Under the pieces are notes generated by a model. The model worked only from the letters and a program-made list of their open reading frames with translations, was not told the DNA's origin and ran no database searches. Below are positions 1-8,971 of a DNA stretch of 64,000 nt, in pieces. The position numbers and the translations under genes were made by a program. The stretch is from Anolis carolinensis (taxonomy: Eukaryota). Position 1 is the stretch's first letter. The number at the start of each line of letters is the position of its first letter. The stretch spans positions 33,394,782 through 33,458,781 of the forward strand of contig NC_085842.1 in assembly GCF_035594765.1 (NCBI RefSeq), written 5' to 3'.

Positions 1-1
1 G

Positions 2-3000
2 CCTGACACACTGCGCGGATGGATTCAGCTGGCGGGGCGCATCGAGACATCGCTGGCCCAGGCGAGGAGGCACCGAGGAGGGCTACAGCAGCGGCCGCAG
101 ATGAAAGAGGGGAGCCGGAAGGAGGGATCAACCCCAGCCGGGAGGAGAACGGAGCCGACAGGGAACGTGAGCACCAGCAGGAGGGGCTGCTTCGTGTGCG
201 GCCGTTTGGGCCACAGGGCTGCCGAGTGCTGGCAGAGAAAAGGGGAAGGCGGAGGCCCGCCCAAACCAAGAGCCGTGGCAGGGAAACGCGCCGAGGAAGA
301 ACCACCGATGAGGCACCACTCGGGGGGGTTGGTAAGTCAGGACAAAGCCATGATAGTGGTCCCCATTCAGCTGGAAAGTGGCAGCAAACAAGCAACTTGC
401 AAAGCATTTGTGGATTGTGGATGTTCCAGGAACATCATCTCCCCTGAATTAGCCGAGGGATTGGGGTGCGAAAGAACGAACCTAGAATCCCCAATAGCTT
501 TTTCGCAGTTGGACGGATCCACAGCATCGGGATCATTAGCTAAGTACAGTGCCGAAGATGTAAAGTGTAAGATAGGGAGTTGGGAAGGAAAGGTGTCATT
601 TGTGATATCACAAATAGCCAGCTATAATGTTATACTAGGCATGCCATGGCTGGGGCAGGCCAACCCGCAAATCAACTGGGAGGATAAGAGCATGATCTTC
701 AGGATGAAGTTGGAAGGAGGGAGCCAGGAAGTGGAAAGGGAGCCGGGGAAAAGGGGGGAGGAAGACTCTATCAGGATAGCAGAACTGGCAGATAAATTAC
801 CCCCAGAGTATCGGGATTTTGTGGACGTATTCGATGAGAAGGAAGCAGACAGTTTCCCACCGAAGCGGAGAGTTGAAGTGAAGATAGAGCTAGTCCCAGG
901 AGCAGAGCTTCCTAAGGCAAAAATATACCCAATGTCGGCTAGGGAAAAGGAGGAACTGAGAAAATACATTGATAAAAACCTAGCGAGGGGTTTCATAGAG
1001 CCTTCAAATTCCCCTCTAGGGGCGCCTGTGTTGTTCAGGCGCAAAAAGGACCAAACGCTGAGGCTCTGCATTGACTACAGGGGCCTGAATGCAATCAGTT
1101 CTGGAAATAAATACCCCCTACCTTTAGTGAAGGACTTGATCGCCCAGTTATCGGAGGGACAGATATTCACTAAATTGGACTTAATTGAAGCGTACCATAA
1201 ATTGCAGATTAAACCAGAGGACAGGTGGAAGACGGCCTTCTCCTGTGCATTCGGATTATTCAATTATCGTGTGCTCCCTTTCGGTTTGTGCGGCGGAGGC
1301 GCCGCGTTCATGCAATTAATCAACGAAGTGTTGCATCCATTGTTGTACAAGGGAGTCTTTGTTTTTTTAGATGACATATTGTTAGTATCTCGGACTAAGG
1401 AGCAACACATAGAACTAGTCAGGGAAGTCCTGCAAAAGTTGAGAGAAGCAAAACTGTATGCGAAGCTTGCCAAGTGCGAGTTCAATAAAGACCAGATAGA
1501 CTTTCTGGGGTATAGGATTTCCTCCCAGGGAGTGGCGATGGACCCTGCGAAGGTAGAAGACGTGAGGGGGTGGGAAGCCCCCAAAACACGGAAGCAGCTG
1601 CAATCCTTCCTAGGGTTCGCAAACTTCTATAGAACATTTATCAAGGACTTTGCGCGCCTCACTTTGCCATTAACGGATTTGTTAAAGACTAAAGGTAGGG
1701 GAGAAACAGCCAAAGTGAAGGCCCCAGGGGCCAAACTGACCTGGACAATAGAATGCCAGGAAGCTTTCGAAGCCCTAAAAAAGCGTTTTACTGAGGAGCC
1801 TGTCCTACAGCACCCTGATATGTCTAAAGCCTTTGTATTACATTGCGATGCGTCAGACCGGGCATATGGGGCAGTTCTGCTACAGAAAGACGAGGGGGGG
1901 AACCTGAAGCCATGTGGCTATCTGTCAAAAAAGTTTAGCGATACAGAAAAAAACTGGCCGATTTGGGAGAGAGAAGCCTTAGCGATTCTAAAAGCACTAG
2001 AGTGCTGGAGACACTTTCTGGAAGGAAGTGGAACACCGTTTGAGGTGTGGACTGACCATAGAAATTTACAGTATCTAAGATCCCCTCGTAAACTATCAGC
2101 GAAGCAAATTAGATGGGCCCAATATTTCAGCCGTTTTGATTTCAGACTCAGATTCTTCCAGGGGAAACATAATATACTCGCTGACGCTCTCTCTCGGATG
2201 CCTCAGCACGGGGGAGGAATTCAGGAATCTGAAGGGAGTATTTTTCTTGATAAGCAATGGGGCCTGGCAGTACTAACTCGAACACAAGCGGCCAAAGAAA
2301 ACAAACGTACTGCCATTTCCACGGGGGGAGGAGAAATATGGGAGGAAGAGTTGAAGCGAGCGTATGGAATGGACAAATGGTTACAAACAAACAAAGAAAA
2401 GGGAGAATTGTGTGGGGATTTGGTGTTTGTAAATAAGAAATTGTATATTCCTGAATGTTTAAGACGAGAAATGTTAAGGAAGTACCATGATAACAAGGGT
2501 GCGGGTCATCTAGGCCCCACCAGGACTATTAAACTGTTGGCCAAACAATGCTGGTGGCCCGGAATGAGGAAAGACGCCAGGGGATACGTCACGCAGTGTG
2601 AATTATGTGCAGAGGGAAAAACACCACCGGGGAAGCCCCAGGGGCTATTGCAGAAGGTGGTGGAGCCCATGAGGCCATGGGAATGCGTAGCCATGGATTT
2701 TGTAGGCGAACTACCCCCCAGCAGAGGCCACAGATACATTTGGACAATATTGGACCTATTCTCAAAACAGGCACACTTTGTGGCTCTGCCAAAACTCCCT
2801 TCAGCTGAAAAACTTGCTGATTTGTATGTGAAGCATGTATATCGCCTACATGGGTGTCCCGACAAGATAATTAGTGACCGGGGAGTCCAATTTACTGCAA
2901 AATTTTGGGGAAAATTCTTACAGCTGTTAGGAGCAGAAAGGAACCTGAGCTCGGCCTTTCATCCCGCGACCAACGGGGGGGTCGAACGTACCCAACAGAC

Positions 3001-3535
3001 ACTGTGCCAATTCTTAAGGATGTACACCAATTATAGACAGGATGATTGGGCGGACCTTCTTCCGTTTGCTGAGATGGCTTTTAACGGGGCCGTACATTCG
3101 GCCACAGGTCGTGCCCCATTCGAAATAGTATACGGACAGGAGGTGGCACCTTTCCCCAGGCTACCCGAGTGGAAGGAAGGGGAGGGCCAGACCGACGAGG
3201 AATGGCCGGCCAAAATCAAGCAAGGGTGGCAAACCGTGGTAGAGGCATTGCGGGAAACACAAAAGAAGTACAAGCTCTTTGCGGATCGTAGGCGCCGAGA
3301 GGGGGACAAATTGGGCGAAGGAGATCTGGTTTGGCTGAGCACAAAAAACCTGAAATTGGGGTTCCCATCCAAGAAATTGGCTCCACGCTATATAGGGCCA
3401 TTCAGGGTAGCAAAAAGAATAAACGAAGTGACCTATGAGCTGAGGCTACCAAAGGACCTAGGAAAGGTACACCCGGTATTCCATTGCAGCCTGTTAAAAA
3501 AGTATAAAGGAACTCTGGACAGCGGAGAACAATAG
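2..3535 (+). CDS. Gypsy Gag-Pol polyprotein, single frame, open from the window edge
   Basis: Frame is open from nt 2 (PDTLRGWIQLAGRIE, gag-like). Zinc knuckle CFVCGRLGHRAAEC; aspartic protease FVDCGCS; RT LRLCIDYRGLN...FLDD; RNase H CDASD/WTDHRNL; integrase H-H-C-C, MDF, SDRG, GGVER and GPF module. No chromodomain before the stop. Confidence 0.95.
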   Translation, partial: PDTLRGWIQLAGRIETSLAQARRHRGGLQQRPQMKEGSRKEGSTPAGRRTEPTGNVSTSRRGCFVCGRLGHRAAECWQRKGEGGGPPKPRAVAGKRAEEEPPMRHHSGGLVSQDKAMIVVPIQLESGSKQATCKAFVDCGCSRNIISPELAEGLGCERTNLESPIAFSQLDGSTASGSLAKYSAEDVKCKIGSWEGKVSFVISQIASYNVILGMPWLGQANPQINWEDKSMIFRMKLEGGSQEVEREPGKRGEEDSIRIAELADKLPPEYRDFVDVFDEKEADSFPPKRRVEVKIELVPGAELPKAKIYPMSAREKEELRKYIDKNLARGFIEPSNSPLGAPVLFRRKKDQTLRLCIDYRGLNAISSGNKYPLPLVKDLIAQLSEGQIFTKLDLIEAYHKLQIKPEDRWKTAFSCAFGLFNYRVLPFGLCGGGAAFMQLINEVLHPLLYKGVFVFLDDILLVSRTKEQHIELVREVLQKLREAKLYAKLAKCEFNKDQIDFLGYRISSQGVAMDPAKVEDVRGWEAPKTRKQLQSFLGFANFYRTFIKDFARLTLPLTDLLKTKGRGETAKVKAPGAKLTWTIECQEAFEALKKRFTEEPVLQHPDMSKAFVLHCDASDRAYGAVLLQKDEGGNLKPCGYLSKKFSDTEKNWPIWEREALAILKALECWRHFLEGSGTPFEVWTDHRNLQYLRSPRKLSAKQIRWAQYFSRFDFRLRFFQGKHNILADALSRMPQHGGGIQESEGSIFLDKQWGLAVLTRTQAAKENKRTAISTGGGEIWEEELKRAYGMDKWLQTNKEKGELCGDLVFVNKKLYIPECLRREMLRKYHDNKGAGHLGPTRTIKLLAKQCWWPGMRKDARGYVTQCELCAEGKTPPGKPQGLLQKVVEPMRPWECVAMDFVGELPPSRGHRYIWTILDLFSKQAHFVALPKLPSAEKLADLYVKHVYRLHGCPDKIISDRGVQFTAKFWGKFLQLLGAERNLSSAFHPATNGGVERTQQTLCQFLRMYTNYRQDDWADLLPFAEMAFNGAVHSATGRAPFEIVYGQEVAPFPRLPEWKEGEGQTDEEWPAKIKQGWQTVVEALRETQKKYKLFADRRRREGDKLGEGDLVWLSTKNLKLGFPSKKLAPRYIGPFRVAKRINEVTYELRLPKDLGKVHPVFHCSLLKKYKGTLDSGEQ

Positions 3536-3581
3536 TTGTGTTTAATCTTTTCCTTCCAGGACGAAGGGGAGGAGGACGCCA

Positions 3582-3884
3582 TGTCAGAACCCTGCTACTA
3601 GAGCCTGGATGTGGCTCTGAGTTTCAGGGTCACTGACAGTGATAAGACACCTGCGTCCCAGGACTCGGAGGAGAAACGGCTGATGGACTTGGCGGGGAAT
3701 TTGCGCGGGGTTTTACTGAGCGGGAAGAGACTGTTCAAATGAGGGGGAGGGTATATAAAGGAAGGTTGGCCGGAGCCTCCCATTCTTGGCTTTTCTGATG
3801 TTCATGTTTCCTACAGTAAAAGTTCCTGGTGATACCACAGAGAGTCTCGTGTGTTCATTCAGGAGCGGCTGTGGTGAGCTGACA
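3582..3884 (+). repeat. 3' LTR of the Gypsy element (303 bp)
   Basis: Termini TGTCAG...CTGACA are inverted; follows the PPT; TATATAAA at 3752; AGTAAA poly(A)-like signal at 3815. Confidence 0.9.
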
Positions 3885-4249
3885 CTTCATATTATTACTA
3901 AATATCATTGCTATTGATTACAGCAGCCTGGGGGAGGCACCTTCCACTGAGCCCTGTCTTCTGCTGGTCCTTCTTCAACTCCCTGGACAGGAAGGGAGGG
4001 GGTTCAATCAGGGCCACCTAGCACCTCCAAACAAACGATTCCCCAGGGAGGAGGCAGCCAGGCTTTGAAGCTGCAAGGCCATTACATGCTAATCAAGGTG
4101 ACTAATAACAGCATGTATACCTGACACACCAAGACTATTCAGTGTATTCCAGCTCACCAAACTAGGATTACAAGGCTATTCACCGCTAATCCACCTGGCC
4201 AACAAACAAATCCAAAAAACCACAGCAATGCGTGGCCAGGCACAGCTAG
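3885..4249 (+). mobile_element. 3' part of a non-autonomous Helitron carrying Penelope-like fragments
   Basis: Ends CCACAGCAATGCGTGGCCAGGCACAGCTAG|T (hairpin plus CTAG), nearly the same as the end of the Helitron at 56717-57256. The 4030-4110 segment resembles the reverse complement of Penelope sequence at ~28530-28600. Confidence 0.6.
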
Positions 4250-4257
4250 TATGATTA

Positions 4258-4580
4258 CAGTAGAGTCTCACTTATCCAACACTCGCTTATCCAACGTTCT
4301 GGATTATCCAATGCATTTTTGTAATCAATGTTTTCAATATATCATGATATTTTGGTGCTAAATTCATAAATACAGTAATTACTACATAGTATCACTGTGT
4401 ATTGAACTACTTTTTCTGTCAAATTTGTTGTATAACATGATGTTTTGGTGCTTAATTTGTAAAATCATAAACTAATTTGATGTTTAATAGGCTTTTCCTT
4501 AATGCCTCCTTATTATCCAACATATTCGCTTATCCAACGTTCTGCCGGCCCATTTATGTCGGATAAGTGAGACTCTACTG
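4258..4580. mobile_element. Tc1/mariner (pogo/Tigger-like) MITE
   Basis: TIRs CAGTAGAGTCTCACTTATCC / GGATAAGTGAGACTCTACTG with TA on both sides; sibling copies at 28968 and 41729. Confidence 0.92.
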
Positions 4581-4800
4581 TATATGTGTCTGTGTCTGCA
4601 TATATATGTGTATTCATATGTGTGTGTGTATATGGTATATATTATTTGTGCGTGTGTATATGTCTGTGTGCATATATATATATATATGTGTGAGTGTATT
4701 TATATATGTGTGTTTATATGTTTGTGTGTGTACATGGTATATGTCTGTGTCCATATATGATTATATAGGCATGATTATATAGGTGTGTGTATATATACCC
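4581..4800. repeat. Imperfect (TG/TA)n microsatellite
   Basis: Visible dinucleotide run; accounts for the spurious ORF 4567-4782. Confidence 0.9.
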
Positions 4801-4809
4801 ATATCTCCA

Positions 4810-5370
4810 GTACTCGCAATCCTTCCCCCCGCCCCCCTCCTTACTCTTCCATCCTGCCATTGGCTATAAATAACCCGCAATCCCCAACGCTTTCGTCAGG
4901 CCTTCTTAGCCCCGCCCCTTCTGCGCTCTTTGCTTCTCCCTCGGAGCGGGCGGGGGTTTCTCTCTCTCTCTCTCTCTCTCGGGGAAGAAGGAGGTAGGTC
5001 AGGTCGCGTCGCGCTGTGATGACATCACCGCCGTCGCCTTCCGTTCCCGGAAGCGGAAGGAGACCGGGATGGGGAAGGCGTTGGCGCTGCTGGGGAAACA
5101 AGTGGCGGGCTCGGTCCCGTGAGCGCGGGGCGGCGATGGCCGGGGCCCGAGGCGGCTCCGCGTCGGTTCAGGCCGCCGGGGCCTTGGCGGAGCTGCTGCT
5201 GGAGTTCTCCCGGGCGCAGTACAAGGCCCGCGACGGCGGAGGAGGAGGAGGCCCCAAGGAAGCCCTTGTCGGCGGCAGCGGAGGGGCTGGAGGCAACGCC
5301 AAGGTGGGTTGTAGGCTTGAAGGCAGGCCGTGTGAAAGGCATCTAGAGGCAACAGTATGAGGCGGCAGCT
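4810..5370 (+). promoter_or_regulatory. CpG-island promoter and 5' UTR of MTMR14
   Basis: GC/CpG-rich; reverse CCAAT (ATTGG ~4859), GC box CCCCGCCCC ~4909, tandem ETS-like CCGGAAGCGGAAG ~5047; overlaps exon 1. Confidence 0.8.
5136..5303 (+). CDS. MTMR14: MTMR14 coding exon 1
   Basis: ATG in good Kozak context (GCGATGG); MAGARGG...LAELLLEFSRAQYKARDG...AK; donor AAG|GTGGGT. Confidence 0.93.
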
Positions 5371-5499
5371 AAAAAGGCCCAGGCGAGTCTGGGGTTAAAG
5401 TCTAGGCCAGGCTTGGGCGAGCTTGGACCCTCCAGGTGTTTTGGACTTCAACTCCCACCATTCCTAACAGCCTCAGGACCCAAGTTCGCCCAGGCCTGG

Positions 5500-5735
5500 C
5501 CTAGATCAAGGGAAGTCATCGTCCCACTCTGGTCAGACTTCACTGGGAATAAGACTCTGTCCAATCCTGGGCCCCATAGTTCAAGAAGGATATGGACATG
5601 ATGGAAAGTGCCCAGAGAAGAGCAGCCAAAATGATCAAACCAAGCCGTTGGGACTGGTTGAGGGAACTGGGTCTGGAGAAGGGAAGGTTAAGAGGGGACA
5701 TGATTGCCTTGTCAAAATATTTGAAAGGATGTCTT
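5500..5735 (+). mobile_element. Decayed CR1 LINE fragment
   Basis: Resembles 43817-44075 of the intact CR1 (CTAGATCAAGGGAAGT..., CAGAGAAGAGCAGCCAAAATGATC, AGAGGGGACATGAT). Confidence 0.7.
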
Positions 5736-5858
5736 TTTGTACCTGTCATTGTTGTGTAGAAGAGGCGGTTCCAACAGGTGTTGTTTGTTCCTTGAGTGCA
5801 TAACAAGCTCACCAGTTGGAATTCCTAGAATCATATTTCGAAAATACCACAAGGGCCG

Positions 5859-5890
<32 letters not shown>

Positions 5891-6502
5891 ATATATTATA
5901 TCCTGCTTTTTCTTTCCATATGGAGACCCAAAGTGGCTCACAACTAAAAGCATTTCAATACAACTTAAAATCTACAAATCTACAGATATTAAAACAGTAT
6001 TAAACAACTGATATTAAAACCATAGAAGCATATTAAATCACATCACAGTATAGCTTTTAAACAAAGGACAATTACTGTCCCTAACAAACATGAACACTGT
6101 GCTGTCACAGCAACATAATGAGTTGGGGAAGTTCCTTGTTGTGTTGAGAGAAAGGGAATGCCAACCTCTGCAAAAACCAAAAAATACATATGCAGATGTA
6201 ATAGAGAATTATGCTTGCATATGTCACTAACTGAATGCCAGCTTGTGTGTGTTACAGGACAAGCCAAGTTCACACATTTCCATCATTTTAGTAAGATCCA
6301 ATCCTTTCATACAGGAACAAACATTCAAAGTACTTCCTTGGATGCAACCATTACAAAGAGCAATGATCACTCTGGCAACGTTAATCTTGGCAGCATAGAC
6401 AGTTTAGAATGATTGTGGCTTTTACCACATCAATTGGCACTTCAATCATATGAGTTCCAGTTTGATGAGGCTCTAGAACACTTTGTTAGATCTCGTCAAC
6501 TT

Positions 6503-6962
6503 ATTTATTTTATTTATTTACAGTATTTATATTCCGCCCTTCTCACCCCGAAGGGGACTCAGGGCGGATCACATTATACACACATAGGGCAAACATTTAA
6601 TGCCCATAAACACATCAAACAGAGTCTGAGACAGACAGATGCAGAGGCAATTTAACCTTCTTCTGAGGGGATGTTCGATTCTGGCCACAGGGGGGAGCAG
6701 CTGCTTCATCCACTCTGACGGCACTTCCTCATTCCAGGTCGTAAATTAGTTAAACTTGCCTCCCCACTTTATAAGTGGTACCTTATTTCCTACTTGATAG
6801 ATGCAACTATCTTTCGGGTTGCTAGGTCAGCAACGAGCAGGGGCTATTTTTTATTTTTAATTGACGGGTGCTCACCCCGCCACGGGCTGGCCTTGAATTC
6901 ATGACCTCATGGTCAGAGTGATTTATTGTAGCTGCTCAACAGCCTGTGCCACAGCCCGGCCC
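6503..6962 (-). mobile_element. tRNA-derived SINE with an L2-like tail (Sauria/Anolis SINE type)
   Basis: Minus strand starts GGGCCGGGCTGTGGCACAGGCTG and ends ...GATCCGCCCTGAGTCCCCTTCGGGGTGAGAAGGGCGGAATATAAAT plus (AAAT)n; head shared with the copy at 49836. Confidence 0.75.
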
Positions 6963-7240
6963 TTACAACTTCTTTGATTCCATAGCATTGAGCCATGCCA
7001 GTTAAAGTGGTGTTGAACTGCATTTGTTCTACAGTAGATGCATCACTGACTCCTCAGTGAAAATCCAAGCTGTTTTGTGTTGCATTTTAATTGACTTTCA
7101 GAGAGAAGGGTGCACTGTGGTTGTTAAACATGTCCACAACTAACAATGGCAGAAGAGATCTGTGTTACCAGTGACATATTAAACATGTTTTTGCAGACCA
7201 GGATTTGTCTCATCAAATGGGCCAAATGTTTTCCTTAGTT

Positions 7241-7375
7241 CAGTGGTTCTCAATCTGTGGGTCCCCAGATGTTTTGGCCTTCAACTCCCAGAAATCCTAA
7301 CAGCTGGTAAACTGGCTGGGATTTCTGGGAGTTATAGGCCAAAACACCTGGCAACCCACAAGTTGAGAACCACTG
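7241..7375. mobile_element. Palindromic hAT MITE
   Basis: TIR CAGTGGTTCTCAA...TTGAGAACCACTG; perfect 8-bp TSD CCTTAGTT. Confidence 0.93.
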
Positions 7376-8822
7376 CCTTAGTTGGTGGGTAGATTTTGGT
7401 TGCCGTGAGCAGTTTTTGCTCAGACGATGGGCAGGTAAGTGACACCTGTTTTCAGCAAAGCAGGTCACTATTATGACTGTATAATGTTTACTCTAATCTG
7501 GTTCAGTCTTTAAAAATGCACATGACTACAAAATCAGAAACATTAGAAAAAGGATAGGGGATTTGGGTGAAGAAGTTTTCTGTGAAGCAATAGGTATACA
7601 GTATTTGGTCAGAAATACCTAGTGCAAACATTATATTTGGTGGAAAATGTTCCGGGTATATGGCTTGTACAGATCTGCAGAGACTAAGTACTATAACATG
7701 TTGGATAATCTAATGCCAATGATGAGCACTTCTGGTGATGCATCTTCCCTGTATGTAGATTCCCAATCTGTATGCAATGAATGCAGAGCAGAAAGTTTTC
7801 AATGTTTTATTTTTCCATGAAAATTTTTGTACCGTATGTGCCTGTTTATACTTTTCCCTGTTTATCTGCACTATTGTACAATAAAGTTAGAAAGCCTAAA
7901 TAAAAATTTCATATCTACTTTTTTCCTATGGAGACATTCACTGAGAAGCTCTGGTATCAGAGAGGCAGACTAACAAAACTTACCAAATCTTTTGCTTCTC
8001 AGGCGCAAGTAGTCAAGCTAAAATAAAATGCTTTTCATGTGCTCAAAGATACACATTTTTATTTTAGTGAAATGAGATGTTTGCCTAGTTGTACTGAATC
8101 ACTTCTTTTCTCCATGTGAAATGGAGTTGAGCAGTAGTGCAGAAAACATCTAAGTGAAGATGGAGATATTACATTTAAATCTCACAAAGATAAAGTTAAA
8201 CTGTTAATTTAAGATATATCAGAAACAGCTCTCTTTAGATACTTGACCTTTAAAAAGTATTCTTTCATTTCATAATTTTAAAAAAATGTATAGGATTGTA
8301 CTAGCGTTAGCATACATTGGAAATGACTTGGAGGCACACAACTAATATGCCATTCTTTTTTACAGTGTCAGAAATATTCCAATAAAATAATTGCTAAATA
8401 AACATTTGAATTTGTTTGAGCATAATATTTCAACCAAACAGGCTAGATTAGATAACAATTGTAGCACTGGAAAAAAATCCCACTTCTGCTTTTTCTGGAA
8501 ATTCCACATCGCTATAGTGTTCTGAATAATAAGCATTTCAAAGTCATGTTAGTTTGTCAAATCATGTAAATTGATAGATGTTGCCTGTGTGGAATGTTTT
8601 AGATATTTGATGTGGCAAAGATTTCCTTTATTCCAAATACTTATCTGCATAGAATGGGGAAATGTATCTTCTGTTTAATGCAAATAATTTCCCTTTTCTG
8701 TTGTACTGTGCTTGTACAATGGATCAGGATATTCCTTAGTACATATAAAACATCTAATTGTACATATAATTGCTGCAGTAGCTTTTTAACAGCTGTAATA
8801 ACCTTTTCCATTATACATATAG

Positions 8823-8971
8823 GTAGATCGCATTGAAAAATGCTGCCTTGAGCTATTCAGCAGGGACTATTGCTACAGCCTAATCCACAACATGAATGGT
8901 GAAATCTGCAGCCACTATCCCCGGCTGATTGTCTTCTTAGAATATGAGAGCACCGATCAAGAAAGACATAC
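8823..8971 (+). CDS. MTMR14: MTMR14 coding exon 2
   Basis: TAG|VDRIEKCCLELFSRDYCYSLIHNMNGEICSHYPRLIVFLEYESTDQERH|GTGAGT; phase 0 to 2. Confidence 0.95.

Larger units (their letters stand above)
1..3884 (+). mobile_element. Ty3/Gypsy LTR retrotransposon (Tf1/sushi-like), 5' part outside the window
   Basis: Domain order gag CCHC - protease - RT - RNase H - integrase, followed by a polypurine tract (~3559-3580) and a TG...CA LTR. Confidence 0.96.

Noticed and set aside
622-3401. Antisense ORFs within Gypsy pol (likewise within the CR1 and BovB)
   Set aside because: Short shadow ORFs expected opposite long coding sequence; no motifs.
5016-5135. Upstream in-frame extension of MTMR14 exon 1 (ATG near 5019)
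   Set aside because: Similarity to recalled orthologues starts at MAGAR (5136), which has the better Kozak context. An extension cannot be excluded but has no support.
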